Shown here: in pieces, positions 17,995-28,425 of the stretch
How positions within the stretch are numbered: the stretch's first letter is position 1
Layout: every line of letters begins with the position of its first letter
NCBI GenBank assembly: GCA_035454605.1
Contig: DATIGQ010000081.1
Coordinates: 6,151-70,150, forward strand
Length of the DNA stretch: 64,000 nt
Source: Terriglobales bacterium
GTDB lineage: Bacteria; Acidobacteriota; Terriglobia; Terriglobales; Acidobacteriaceae
Reading direction: 5' to 3'
Made by a program: the position numbers and the translations under genes
The notes under the pieces: generated by a model
What the model was told of the DNA's origin: nothing
Database searches by the model: none
What the model saw: only the letters and a program-made list of their open reading frames with translations

Positions 17995-18023
17995 TTGACT
18001 GACTTGACACTCAGGCCTATAAT
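17995..18023 (+). promoter_or_regulatory. Candidate sigma70 promoter for carD (TTGACT-17-TATAAT)
   Basis: TTGACTgacttgacactcaggccTATAAT, ~50 nt upstream of ATG 18076. Confidence 0.55.
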
Positions 18024-18075
18024 GAGAATGGTTTGCCCAAAGCTACTCCCCCTCCATTCTGCACACGGGGTCCTC

Positions 18076-18603
18076 ATGAACGGAGATAGCGCCTTTCACA
18101 TCGGCGACCGGGTCGTCTATCCCAACCAGGGCGTCGGGGTGATCGAGCAGATTGGCAGCCGCACTCTCGGGGCTGCCGTGGAACGCTTCTACATCCTCAA
18201 ATTTACCGCTGGGAGCCTGCGGGTCATGGTTCCGTTCCACAATGTGGCTAGTGTAGGGCTCCGGCGCGTTATCAAGAACGGCGAGGTACAGAAAGTCCTG
18301 GATTACCTGACGGACTTCAAGTGTGACAATCACGCCGACTGGAAGTGCCGCTTCAAGGAAAACTCCGACAAGATGCGCACCGGCTCCCTCATGGACGTGG
18401 CTGCCGTGCTCAAGAGCTTGCTACAGCTCAACCAGACCAAGCCGCTTTCCTTCCGCGAGAAGAAGATGCTGGATCGGGCGCGGTTCTTGCTGGTAAGCGA
18501 GCTGGCGTTGGCCAAGAACACCAGTGAGGATGAGGCCGAGCAACTGCTGACCAAGGCCTTGGCCAAGACCAAGCTCCGGTTCCGCGAAGCGTTCCAGGCC
18601 TGA
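18076..18603 (+). CDS. carD: CarD/CdnL-family RNA-polymerase-binding transcription factor
   Basis: FHIGDRVVYPNQGVGVIEQIG...YILKF...VMVPF, the signature of the CarD_CdnL_TRCF domain. Confidence 0.9.
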   Translation: MNGDSAFHIGDRVVYPNQGVGVIEQIGSRTLGAAVERFYILKFTAGSLRVMVPFHNVASVGLRRVIKNGEVQKVLDYLTDFKCDNHADWKCRFKENSDKMRTGSLMDVAAVLKSLLQLNQTKPLSFREKKMLDRARFLLVSELALAKNTSEDEAEQLLTKALAKTKLRFREAFQA

Positions 18604-18622
18604 TTCCAGGCGCGCCTTCCCC

Positions 18623-19738
18623 CTACTCTCCCATCCACGCCCCGTACGGGCGCAGGTTTTCCACGTGGTCGAAGATGATCTTCATGGCCCCGGTGATGGG
18701 CACCGCCAGAACCAGTCCCATCCCGCCCCAAATCCAGCCCCACACCAATAATGCTACGGTGACCACCAGGGGATTGAGTTGCAGGCGTCTCCCCAGAATC
18801 TTGGGATAAAGCACGTTGATGGCGAACAAGTGCAGTCCCAACACCGTCAGTGCCACCGCCAGCAGCTTCGCCCCGGAGAGTTCTCCAAGACCCGCAACCA
18901 GCGGAGGCACCACTGCCAGAATCACTCCTAGGTAAGGAACCAGGCTGAGGAATCCGCTGAGAAACCCCAGGATGAAGGGATACCCGAGGCCCACTGCGGC
19001 AAACACGATGACACTGATCGCCGACATAAACAGGCCGATCAGCAGGTTACCGACGATGAAGCTGCGGGTCATGGCGGAGATGCGGCTTAGGGTCTTGTAG
19101 GCGGCGTTGCGATTCTCCAGGCGAAAGAGCATCACCGTGGCCGACTTCACGTGGTCCTGCCAGCTGAGCATGAAGTACACCAGGAAAGGAATGAACGAAA
19201 CGATCAGTACGAACTCCCACACGGATGCTGCGCTGCGTGTCAGCAGTTCCGCCCAGTCCACCTTCTGCTGTACCGTGACCACGCCCCGCTCGGGCTCCTG
19301 TGACGCCAGCACACGCTCCGTGGTCTTCTGAAGGGAGAGCGTTCGTTCTCGGAAGCTAGCCACCGCTTGCCGGATCTTTCCCGAATACTTGGGCCACTGC
19401 TGCACAAAGTCCACGCCGCGGTTGTAGGAAAAATGGGTTCCCGCATAGGCCACCCCCAGAAGCAGGAAAACCGCCAGGAAGGCGGCCAGAGAGCGGGGCA
19501 GCCGCATACGCTCCAGCACCCCTACCACCGGCTGCAGGAGGAAGGCCAGCAGGACGGAGACCATCAACGTGATCACCACCAGCTTGGCCACGTAGCACAG
19601 GGTCAGAACCACGGCGATGGCCACCACCGTCTGCGCCGCCGACGACACATGGTCACCGCGCCGGCGCCGGGGAGCGGTTGCGGCTGCCGGCAGGATCGCG
19701 TCGCCGTGCTCTTCGACTTCGATGTCTTCCGTCGCCAT
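18623..19738 (-). CDS. AI-2E family transporter (UPF0118/PerM-like)
   Basis: Multi-TM protein with the LSLVPYLGVILAVVPPLVAGL motif. Start taken at the internal ATG (MATEDIEV...). Confidence 0.8.
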   Translation of the reverse strand: MATEDIEVEEHGDAILPAAATAPRRRRGDHVSSAAQTVVAIAVVLTLCYVAKLVVITLMVSVLLAFLLQPVVGVLERMRLPRSLAAFLAVFLLLGVAYAGTHFSYNRGVDFVQQWPKYSGKIRQAVASFRERTLSLQKTTERVLASQEPERGVVTVQQKVDWAELLTRSAASVWEFVLIVSFIPFLVYFMLSWQDHVKSATVMLFRLENRNAAYKTLSRISAMTRSFIVGNLLIGLFMSAISVIVFAAVGLGYPFILGFLSGFLSLVPYLGVILAVVPPLVAGLGELSGAKLLAVALTVLGLHLFAINVLYPKILGRRLQLNPLVVTVALLVWGWIWGGMGLVLAVPITGAMKIIFDHVENLRPYGAWMGE

Positions 19739-19781
19739 CGCGCTTATCGTATCCCATCCTGTCCAGGCGCCGGCTCCTATA

Positions 19782-20246
19782 ATGAACGCCGTGACAGTAG
19801 ACGCCTGCACCCGGCCGCGCATCCTGGCTCTCGATGTGGGCGCCAAAACCATCGGGATGGCCGTCTCGGATCCGCTGGGCCTCACCGCCCAAGGGCTCCA
19901 GACACTGCGGCGGACCTCCAAGCGGGCTGACTTCGGGCGCCTCGAGCGCGTCCTGCGCGAATATGAGGTGGCGGAGATGGTGGTCGGCTATCCCCTTCGC
20001 ATGAGTGGCCAAGCCGGCGCTCAAGCAGAAAAAGTCGCCGCGCTCGCAGAAGAACTTCGCCGGCGCTTTCGGCTTCCTGTGCATCTTTGGGACGAACGCC
20101 TGACCTCGGTCGAAAGCAGCCGCGTGCTCCGCGCAAGCGAGATCAGCCTCCAGCGCCGTCGACAGGCCGTGGACCGCCTGGCCGCCGTGTTGATCCTGCA
20201 ATCGTTCCTGGACCACCGCAACGCCGCCCTATCCGGCAACTGCTAG
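19782..20246 (+). CDS. ruvX: Holliday junction resolvase-like RuvX/YqgF
   Basis: RILALDVGAKTIGMAVSDP...VVGYPLRMSG...WDERLTS. Confidence 0.9.
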   Translation: MNAVTVDACTRPRILALDVGAKTIGMAVSDPLGLTAQGLQTLRRTSKRADFGRLERVLREYEVAEMVVGYPLRMSGQAGAQAEKVAALAEELRRRFRLPVHLWDERLTSVESSRVLRASEISLQRRRQAVDRLAAVLILQSFLDHRNAALSGNC

Positions 20247-20255
20247 ACTGGAGCG

Positions 20256-21236
20256 TTGCGCACTCTTTTAAAACTGACCGTTCTCATTCTGCTCGCCACC
20301 GCCGCATGGCTGGCCCATTCGCTTTTCACTCCGCTCGCGCCTCCTGGAAAGCCGGACGTCCTCCTGCGTTCCGGGCTTTCCGCGCGCCGCATCGCGGCCG
20401 AACTTCAGGCCGCCGGCGTCATTCGTAACGCATCTGCCTTCCTGGCGCTGCATGCCGTGAAGGGCCGTCCATCGCTCAAGGCGGGTGAGTACCGCTTCGA
20501 CCATCCCGCCGACGCGTTCGAAATCCTGGACCGTGTCACCCGTGGCGACGTGATTGTGCGAACCGTCGTCGTCCCCGAGGGCTACAACATGTTCGAAGTT
20601 GCCGATGCTGTGGCCGCCGCCGGTTTGTGCACGCGCGATCAGTTCCTGGAAGCCGCCCGCGCCGAAGTCGTACTGATCAACGATCTCGATCCGGCAGCCA
20701 CCTCGCTCGAGGGCTATCTCTTTCCGGACACCTACCAGTTCACTCGTGCGCAGGGGCCACGCGAGATCGCGGCCGCCATGGTGCGCCGCTTCCGCCAGGA
20801 GGCCGCATCCCTCGGCCTCGCAGGTGACATCCACCGCATCGTCGTCCTGGCTTCCATCGTGGAGAAAGAAACCGGCGTTCCGGAAGAACGGCCTCTGGTG
20901 GCTGGCGTCTTCCAGAACCGATTGCAGCGCAACATGGTGCTGGCGGCCGACCCCACCGTGGTTTATGGCGCCCTGCTGGCCGGACGGTATCGCGGCGCCA
21001 TCCACCAGTCGGACCTGGGATTCGACTCTCCCTACAACACCTACCGCCGCGCAGGACTGCCGCCAGGACCCATCGCCAACCCCGGTCGCGACTCGCTGCG
21101 CGCCGCCATGCAGCCCGCCTCAACGACGTATGTCTACTTCGTCAGCGATGCCCGTGGTCGTCACCGATTCGCCTCCACCGCTGCCGAGCACAGCCGCAAC
21201 GTCGCGGCCTACCGCCGCGAACGCGACCGCCGCTGA
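20256..21236 (+). CDS. mltG: Endolytic murein transglycosylase MltG (YceG-like)
   Basis: ASIVEKETGVPEERPLVAGVFQNRL...ADPTVVYG...SPYNTYRRAGLPPGPIANPG. TTG start preceded by GGAG. Conserved ruvX-mltG pairing. Confidence 0.9.
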   Translation: MRTLLKLTVLILLATAAWLAHSLFTPLAPPGKPDVLLRSGLSARRIAAELQAAGVIRNASAFLALHAVKGRPSLKAGEYRFDHPADAFEILDRVTRGDVIVRTVVVPEGYNMFEVADAVAAAGLCTRDQFLEAARAEVVLINDLDPAATSLEGYLFPDTYQFTRAQGPREIAAAMVRRFRQEAASLGLAGDIHRIVVLASIVEKETGVPEERPLVAGVFQNRLQRNMVLAADPTVVYGALLAGRYRGAIHQSDLGFDSPYNTYRRAGLPPGPIANPGRDSLRAAMQPASTTYVYFVSDARGRHRFASTAAEHSRNVAAYRRERDRR

Positions 21237-21365
21237 ACCCGGCTCATCGGGCCTTATATACTCGAAGGTGGTTTGACCACCGAGGGAGTGGAGCACTCGG
21301 AGGGGAACGACTCTAGTCGTGCCGAGACTATGGCTGAGGGGACCGGGCTTTAGCCCTTGAGGTTA

Positions 21366-22334
21366 ATGAACCACCGAAACAGCATGGTTGTGCACGGGGC
21401 CCGCCCAACGACCAGACGCCTCTGCCGCACCCTGCTTGCCTTCCTCGCACTGGCCATCCTGCCGGGCTGCCTGTTCCGCTCCCGCACGGTCGAGCGCCGC
21501 ATGAGCTCCGCCGTCCTCCGTGAGGCCACCCTCGCCCAACTGGTGGAGACCATCAACCACGAGGCGGCTCGCATCCAGACACTGAACGCCACGGTGGATA
21601 TTGCGCCTTCCGTGGGCGGTTCCAAGAAGGGCAAGGTCACGGACTTCCAGGATATGCGCGGCTACATTCTGCTGCGCCAGCCCGCCACCCTTCGCATGAT
21701 CGGCCTGTTTCCCATCTTGCGGAATACCGCCTTTGACATGGTGAGCGACGGCGAAGGGTTCCGACTCTCCATCCCCACCAAGAGCCGCTTCTACGTTGGC
21801 CGCAACGACGCCCCGCCCGCTTCCAACAAGCCCATCGAGAATCTGCGCCCGCGCCATATTCTCGATGCATTGCTGCTTCGCCCCATCGACCCCGACCGGG
21901 AGATCGCGGTGCTCGAAGGCTCCACCGAGACCGTACGCGACCCCAAAACGAAGAAAGACATCGAGCAGCCCAATTACGTGGTCACGGTGATTCGCCGCAA
22001 CGGCTCGGACTGGAAGTTGTCACGCAAGATCACATTCAGCCGTGCCGATCTCATGCCCTATCGACAGGTTATCTATGATGCCGACGGCTCCGTCGCCACC
22101 GAAGCCGACTACGAGCACATCACGGAATACCACGGAGGTCGCTTCCCTGCCGTCATCCATCTCTGGCGTCCGAAGGAGGAGTACGCCATCGTGCTCAGCA
22201 TGGTGAAGCTGAACCTGAACCAGCCTCTCCAGGACGAACAGTTCGTCCTCAACCAGCCCGAAGGCTACGAGCTGCGGCGACTTGACAAGCCGGCCCGGCC
22301 GGAGGATGCGAGTTCCGGCAGCCCGCCGCAGTAG
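21366..22334 (+). CDS. Putative lipoprotein (LolA/LolB-fold, DUF4292-like; function uncertain)
   Basis: Lipobox LAILPGC. No catalytic motifs. The fold assignment is a weak impression only. Confidence 0.6.
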   Translation: MNHRNSMVVHGARPTTRRLCRTLLAFLALAILPGCLFRSRTVERRMSSAVLREATLAQLVETINHEAARIQTLNATVDIAPSVGGSKKGKVTDFQDMRGYILLRQPATLRMIGLFPILRNTAFDMVSDGEGFRLSIPTKSRFYVGRNDAPPASNKPIENLRPRHILDALLLRPIDPDREIAVLEGSTETVRDPKTKKDIEQPNYVVTVIRRNGSDWKLSRKITFSRADLMPYRQVIYDADGSVATEADYEHITEYHGGRFPAVIHLWRPKEEYAIVLSMVKLNLNQPLQDEQFVLNQPEGYELRRLDKPARPEDASSGSPPQ

Positions 22335-22344
22335 CGCCGTCGTA

Positions 22345-22368
22345 TGTCCCGAGCGAGAGCGAGGAACC
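22345..22368 (+). repeat. REP-like element copy (degenerate)
   Basis: tgtcccgagcgagagcgaggaacc; compare the copies at 39571, 49770 and 61384. Confidence 0.5.
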
Positions 22369-22409
22369 CCTAGGCGTTGTTGCAGCTACGGATGAGAATG
22401 CGCAGGGCC

Positions 22410-22976
22410 CTACTGTGCTCCGCTGATCGTGATCTGGTAGCGGAAGTCAGGCCGCGCGTTGCCGCTCCAGTCCAGCACCCGGATGAAGACGGTTACCGTC
22501 CCGCCGCTTGTGTTCCGAAAGTCCAGGTGCGAGTTGCGGTTGACCCCCAGGCTGATGTCGTCATTGACGCAAGAGTCGTCGAATACGTTGGGTGTAGGGT
22601 CCGGCGTGATTCCCGAACCGCCTGGCGGGCTATCGTCGCCCGGGTCTTTGCAGGTCGTTAGCCGCGTTCCGGCATTGTTCACGATCTCAATCACAGGATC
22701 CATCGGACTGGGAGGATTCAGCCCCGGCCCTACCACATCCACTGTTAATGTGGCGCTCGCCGCCACCGTGACCGCATAGAAGTCCTCGTCCGGATCGGTC
22801 ACCGTGATGGGATCGCCGAAGGGACTGATGGAAGCATTGAAGGTCCCGTTGGTGAGCGGCGTCGCCGCCGCGATGCTGTCATTCCGAGACTGCGCCAGCG
22901 CCGGCGTGCCGGCTGCTGTCCACAGCACCAGGCCCACTGCCGCCTCCAGCAGGATTCTCCGGCAACGCAAACTCAT
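22410..22976 (-). CDS. Secreted stand-alone pre-peptidase C-terminal (PPC)-like domain protein
   Basis: Signal peptide ...GTPALAQ. DPDEDFYAVTVAASATLTVDVV...DPVIEIVNNAG pattern. Strong SD (GGGAGGAGG). Confidence 0.7.
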   Translation of the reverse strand: MSLRCRRILLEAAVGLVLWTAAGTPALAQSRNDSIAAATPLTNGTFNASISPFGDPITVTDPDEDFYAVTVAASATLTVDVVGPGLNPPSPMDPVIEIVNNAGTRLTTCKDPGDDSPPGGSGITPDPTPNVFDDSCVNDDISLGVNRNSHLDFRNTSGGTVTVFIRVLDWSGNARPDFRYQITISGAQ

Positions 22977-22991
22977 GGCGATTCCTCCTCC

Positions 22992-24344
22992 CTACTCACT
23001 GATGGTCTGCGCGCGACGCTTCTTGCCCCCTTCGAACGCGTCGAAGCGCGGATCCGTGCCCACCAGCACAATGTTACCCACGTTGACGGTGTTGCCCGCC
23101 GTGACGGCAAAGGGACCGGCGGCGGCCGGCGCCGTGCCCGGCATGGGAATGGGATCAATCAGCGGACCCACGCTTGAGCCCTCACTGAAACAATCTGTTG
23201 GGTCGTTCGGATTGCAATGAATAGACTCCACTTCAACCATGTAGTTGCCCGCCGGGACCGGAATCTCGAAACGCCCGATGTCCCCGGTTTGGCGCGATCC
23301 GAAACTATCTCCGCCCGTGTTGTCGGAGGCTCCGTTCAGATAGGGCGCCGCCGTCACGCTTTGCCCTGGGTTTCCGGTGAATTTGAAGCCTGAAACCACC
23401 GAGACCGCAAACTTGCGGTCCTGGTTCGAACCTGTGTCTACGGGCCGTGCGATCACATTTACACCTTGGGCATGGGTCATGCCGTCACTGAAACGCACAA
23501 TCCCTGTAAGGGTCCCATAGGTGCCGGAGAAGGTTGGACTACCAGACGTCTTCGGATACAAGCGTGAAATCCACGCCATGTCGTCTGTCGCGAGAGTAGC
23601 TGCCGGGTTCACGATTGCCGGTCCCGGATCCTCATCTCTGGTACTGAAGATCACTGGAAACATCGTCGGCAATCCGATCAAGTCATCGGTACCGCATGCC
23701 GAAAGGCAATTCACGTTGATCTGCGAGTGGTCGAGCCCTGAAAAATGCCCGAGCTCGTGGATGATGGCGCCATCGAAGGCGGAATCGCTTAACTCTTGCG
23801 TCGGATTCCCGTCGATCCATTTCCCATTCAGCACAGCTTTGGCGGAGATGATTCGCCCGGCGGAATTGACCAGGCAAGGGCCCGCAAAGCCAATCACGTT
23901 GGTATCGATGCCCAGAGCGTCGAAGACGCTTCCGTTGGTGTCGTAAATCACCGGATTCTGTGTTGGAGGGTTGGCGTTGCAGGTCCCGTTCACAGCGTTA
24001 TATTCCGCTAGCGTGCTCACATCCCCATCGGCCACGCCTTGAATAGCACCTAGACGGCTGTATTCGATGTTCGCCGTGGTGACGTTCTCCCAAACGTTGA
24101 ACATGCTCTCCACGCGGTTATTCGCCTGGGTATTTGTAAGCGCTCCGAGATTGCCGCCATCGGTTCGGTATGGAATCGCACTCGTTGTGCTCCAGGTGAA
24201 GGGGGCACCTTCAACGCCGAAACTAGGCCCACCCACGGCAATCGGTCCACCCGCTACCGCTAGGCGTGGCAGCGCCAGCATCAACGACACCAGCACGGCT
24301 AACCGCAGCGAGTGCCGGCTCCGTCTTTGGTTTCGGGGGGTCAC
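22992..24344 (-). CDS. Secreted metzincin-type zinc metalloprotease with C-terminal beta-sandwich domain
   Basis: HELGHFSGLDHS matches HExxHxxGxxH. Signal peptide. C-terminal GRFEIPVPAGNYMVEVES is CarboxypepD_reg-like. GTGA overlap with the upstream ORF. Confidence 0.8.
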   Translation of the reverse strand: MTPRNQRRSRHSLRLAVLVSLMLALPRLAVAGGPIAVGGPSFGVEGAPFTWSTTSAIPYRTDGGNLGALTNTQANNRVESMFNVWENVTTANIEYSRLGAIQGVADGDVSTLAEYNAVNGTCNANPPTQNPVIYDTNGSVFDALGIDTNVIGFAGPCLVNSAGRIISAKAVLNGKWIDGNPTQELSDSAFDGAIIHELGHFSGLDHSQINVNCLSACGTDDLIGLPTMFPVIFSTRDEDPGPAIVNPAATLATDDMAWISRLYPKTSGSPTFSGTYGTLTGIVRFSDGMTHAQGVNVIARPVDTGSNQDRKFAVSVVSGFKFTGNPGQSVTAAPYLNGASDNTGGDSFGSRQTGDIGRFEIPVPAGNYMVEVESIHCNPNDPTDCFSEGSSVGPLIDPIPMPGTAPAAAGPFAVTAGNTVNVGNIVLVGTDPRFDAFEGGKKRRAQTISE

Positions 24345-24964
24345 TGGGTCGACTTGCCCTGAAGTTCCAGAATCAGCTCGCGGAGATTGTCAGCGGCAAG
24401 CGGCACACCGGGCTCTTGCCGCACCAGTGCCGCCATCCCGGGCGAGAGTTTGACGCCTTTCTTTTCAACTTGTGCTTCCAGCCCGCGAAACAGCCCATAG
24501 TTACCGAGGCCGTTCACGACCGTTTCCTTTCCGCTGCGGTCACGAAGGATGCGGAACCGCCCTTGCTCCATGCCCGCCGGACTGGTAAGCCCGTACTGAT
24601 TCACTCGATTCATCAACAGCAGCAGTTCCTGGCCCTTGCGATAGCCCGCGGCATCCTGGCGGTCACGGAAGTCCCAGATGTATTGCCGGAACGAGTAGAT
24701 GGGCCCCACTTCGCCCTTGAGCGTTTCCTTCACTCGCAGGGTCACCACAATCGTATCCAGGTTCGTGAATTGTGGATGTTTCTCCACCCGCGCCCTCACC
24801 ACAAATCCGCGCACGATCACGGCTGACTGATGGGTCAGTTCGTCCAAGTTTCGGGCAACGGTAATGGCCCCGCGCTGTGCCCACGCCGGGCCTGCCAGAC
24901 ACACCATCAGGAGGAGAACCTCTACGATTCCCCGTCCCGCTCTTACGACTGAGATTCGTGCCAT
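24341..24964 (-). CDS. Secreted hypothetical protein (207 aa)
   Basis: Signal peptide ...LAGPAWAQ. GC3 bias. First gene of the three-gene protease operon. Confidence 0.6.
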   Translation of the reverse strand: MARISVVRAGRGIVEVLLLMVCLAGPAWAQRGAITVARNLDELTHQSAVIVRGFVVRARVEKHPQFTNLDTIVVTLRVKETLKGEVGPIYSFRQYIWDFRDRQDAAGYRKGQELLLLMNRVNQYGLTSPAGMEQGRFRILRDRSGKETVVNGLGNYGLFRGLEAQVEKKGVKLSPGMAALVRQEPGVPLAADNLRELILELQGKSTQ

Positions 24965-25057
24965 GAATTGAGCCTTCCGCGCGACGGGGCCGACGCGAGG
25001 TGAAGAGTTGTATTCTTAGGCGGGCGCTCGCCAAAAGTCAACCGCGCCGGCGGCCAT

Positions 25058-25086
25058 TTGTCCCTTGCCAAACCGGCGTTTAGAAT
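25058..25086 (+). promoter_or_regulatory. Candidate promoter (TTGTCC-17-TAGAAT) for the FtsX-type permease
   Basis: TTGTCCcttgccaaaccggcgttTAGAAT, 9 nt before ATG 25096. Confidence 0.45.
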
Positions 25087-25095
25087 GTCCTGGCC

Positions 25096-26205
25096 ATGAT
25101 GAACAAGATGATCGTCGCCAACCTGGCGCACCGGCCGATTCGGTCCGTCATCAGCATTGTGGCCATAGCGGTCGAGGTAACGCTGATTCTGGTGATCGTC
25201 GGCTTGTCGCTCGGCATCCTGAACGACTCCAAGACCCGACAGGCTGGCATCGGCGCCGATGTGATGGTCCGGCCGCCCGGCTCCTCCGCCCTCATCGGCA
25301 TCAGCGGCGCGCCCGTTTCCGTCAAAGTGGCCGATGTGCTCGCCAAGGTGCCGCACGTGGCGGCGGTAGCCCCGGTCGTCACCCAGATTTCGACCGGCGG
25401 AGGCAGCGTCGAAGTGCTCTACGGCATCGACCTGGCCAGCTTCGAATCCATGGGCGGGAAATTTCATTACCTCGCGGGCGGTCCTTTCGAGGGCCTCGAC
25501 GACATCATCGTCGACGACTTCTTTGCCGCCTCCCGCAACGTCCAGGTGGGCCAGACCATCGAAGTGCTGAATCACCAGTTCCGTGTCGTGGGCATCGTCG
25601 AGCACGGCAAGGGCGCGCGCAAGTTCATGCCTATGGCCACGGTGCAGGAACTGGTCGGCTCCCAGGGCAAGGCCTCCATCTTCTACCTCAAGCTCGATGA
25701 TCCCGCGAACGCCGGCGCGGTCGCCGCCTCCATCAAGCAGATTCCCGGTATGGAGAGTTACGGCGTTCAATCCATGCAGGAGTGGCTCTCTTACATGACG
25801 CCCGAGAACCTGCCCGGCTTCTCCACGTTCATCAAGGTGGTCATCGGGGTAGCCGTGTGCATCGGCTTCATCGTCATCTTCCAGTCCATGTACACGGCGG
25901 TGATGGAACGCACCCGGGAAATCGGGATCCTCAAGTCCATGGGCGCCTCCAAGGCCTACATCGTGAACGTCATTGTGCGCGAGACTCTGCTGCTGGCGGT
26001 GAGCGGCGTCGTAGTTGGCATCATCTTCAGCTTCGCTGCCAAGGAGGGCATCCTGAAGGCCTTCCCCACCCTGCGCGTGGAAATCGCCTGGCTCTGGGTG
26101 CTGCGCGCCACCCTGATCGCGCTGGCCGGCTCCGTGCTCGGCGCCCTCTACCCCGCCGTCAAGGCCGCTCGCAAGGATCCGGTCGAAGCGCTGGCCTACG
26201 AGTAG
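25096..26205 (+). CDS. ABC transporter permease, MacB/FtsX family (no adjacent ATPase)
   Basis: N-terminal TM, periplasmic MacB_PCD-like region, and a C-terminal FtsX 3-TM domain (REIGILKSMGASKAYI...). Confidence 0.85.
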   Translation: MMNKMIVANLAHRPIRSVISIVAIAVEVTLILVIVGLSLGILNDSKTRQAGIGADVMVRPPGSSALIGISGAPVSVKVADVLAKVPHVAAVAPVVTQISTGGGSVEVLYGIDLASFESMGGKFHYLAGGPFEGLDDIIVDDFFAASRNVQVGQTIEVLNHQFRVVGIVEHGKGARKFMPMATVQELVGSQGKASIFYLKLDDPANAGAVAASIKQIPGMESYGVQSMQEWLSYMTPENLPGFSTFIKVVIGVAVCIGFIVIFQSMYTAVMERTREIGILKSMGASKAYIVNVIVRETLLLAVSGVVVGIIFSFAAKEGILKAFPTLRVEIAWLWVLRATLIALAGSVLGALYPAVKAARKDPVEALAYE

Positions 26206-26219
26206 ATACCACCTGTTTC

Positions 26220-26248
26220 ATTGACAACCTTCGCTTCCTCCCTTATCC
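26220..26248 (+). promoter_or_regulatory. Candidate promoter (TTGACA-17-TATCCT) for rplM-rpsI
   Basis: TTGACAaccttcgcttcctccctTATCCT. Confidence 0.45.
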
Positions 26249-26320
26249 TTAAACCTTTGGCAGTGCTGCAGTTCCCGCCTTGAGCGGTCTTCTTTTCATC
26301 AGCACTTGGGAGATTTTTGT

Positions 26321-26761
26321 ATGGCAACCCATTTCCCCGGCGCCGGGGAAATTGCGCGTAAGTGGTACGTGGTGGACGCCGAGGGCGAGACCCTGGGGCG
26401 TCTGGCCAGTCGTGTGGCCCGCATGTTGAACGGCAAGAACAATCCTGTGTATACGCCGTTTCTCGATACCGGCGATCACGTCATCGTAGTCAACGCCGCC
26501 AAGGTGCGCGTGACCGGCATGAAGTCGGAGAAGAAGACCTATTACAGCTACTCCGGCTATCCCGGCGGCATCAAGGCCGAGAGCTTCCGCAAGCGCGCCG
26601 CGCGCCGGCCGGAAGTTGTGGTGCGTGACGCCATCGTCGGCATGCTGCCCCACACCAAGCTGGGTCGCCAGATGGCCCGCAAGCTGCGCGTGTACGCCGG
26701 CGACAAGCATCCCCATCAGGCCCAGCAGCCGGAGACCCTGGCACAGGCCAAGCGGGCTTAG
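26321..26761 (+). CDS. rplM: 50S ribosomal protein L13
   Basis: [33 protein letters not shown]...GDHVIVVNA. Confidence 0.95.
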   Translation: MATHFPGAGEIARKWYVVDAEGETLGRLASRVARMLNGKNNPVYTPFLDTGDHVIVVNAAKVRVTGMKSEKKTYYSYSGYPGGIKAESFRKRAARRPEVVVRDAIVGMLPHTKLGRQMARKLRVYAGDKHPHQAQQPETLAQAKRA

Positions 26762-26854
26762 AAGTGCAAGTCGCGGCCGTTCACGGCCGTGGATCCTTAT
26801 TTGCGAAAGGGTTTTGAGCTGAAAGCGGATTGCTGACGGCGAATCGCTGATCTT

Positions 26855-27250
26855 ATGGCAGAACTCATTCAGTACTACGGAACGGGACGGCGGAAGTCGA
26901 GCGTAGCCCGTGTCTTTCTGCGTCCCGGCAACGGCGGCTTCCTGGTGAACGGCCGCCCCTTCGAGCAGTATTTCGTCACCGAAGCGCAGCGCGTGCAGGC
27001 CAAGCAACCCTTGGCCACCACCGAGACCGGCTCGGCCTTCGACGTGGTCGCCAACGTTGCCGGTGGCGGCGTCAACGGCCAGGCGGGCGCGGTGAAGCTG
27101 GGCGTGGCCCGGGCGTTGCTCCAGTTCAATGGCGAACTGCGTGCCCGGCTGAAGTCTGCAGGGCTGCTCTCTCGCGACTCTCGCATCAAGGAGCGCAAGA
27201 AGTACGGCCAAAAGGGGGCACGCAAGCGCTTCCAGTACTCGAAGCGGTAA
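26855..27250 (+). CDS. rpsI: 30S ribosomal protein S9
   Basis: [16 protein letters not shown]...[17 protein letters not shown]. Confidence 0.95.
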   Translation: MAELIQYYGTGRRKSSVARVFLRPGNGGFLVNGRPFEQYFVTEAQRVQAKQPLATTETGSAFDVVANVAGGGVNGQAGAVKLGVARALLQFNGELRARLKSAGLLSRDSRIKERKKYGQKGARKRFQYSKR

Positions 27251-27334
27251 GTGCAGTTTCTCGTTTCTCGTTTTTCGTTTTTCGTTTCTGGTTTCTGGTT
27301 TTGCTGGCCACTGGCCACCGACCACTGACCACGG
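27251..27334. repeat. 7-nt periodic array (12 heptads) starting at the first base after the rpsI stop
   Basis: gtgcagt ttctcgt ttctcgt ttttcgt ttttcgt ttctggt ttctggt tttgctg gccactg gccaccg accactg accacgg. Confidence 0.85.
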
Positions 27335-27435
27335 TTTCACAATTTTCCCTGGCGGTCCTCAAGGGCATCCGGGGCATCAATCCTGAGCGACCGGCTTCGG
27401 CCGCCGCAAAGGATGCAGACCACTGAGGAGGTCTA

Positions 27436-28320
<885 letters not shown>

Positions 28321-28425
28321 GCGGGACGGGGGCGACAGGTTTTCCAGCGACCCGCGCGTTGCGCCGCGGGTCGATTCGTCTGAGCCAACCGCGCATCTAA
28401 GGTATCGAAAGGATTCGTACTGACC

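Noticed and set aside
19769-19784. TATAAT at 19778-19783 as a promoter for ruvX.
   Set aside because: The hexamer overlaps the ruvX ATG (tataATG) and has no acceptable -35 at 16-18 nt, so it is probably fortuitous.
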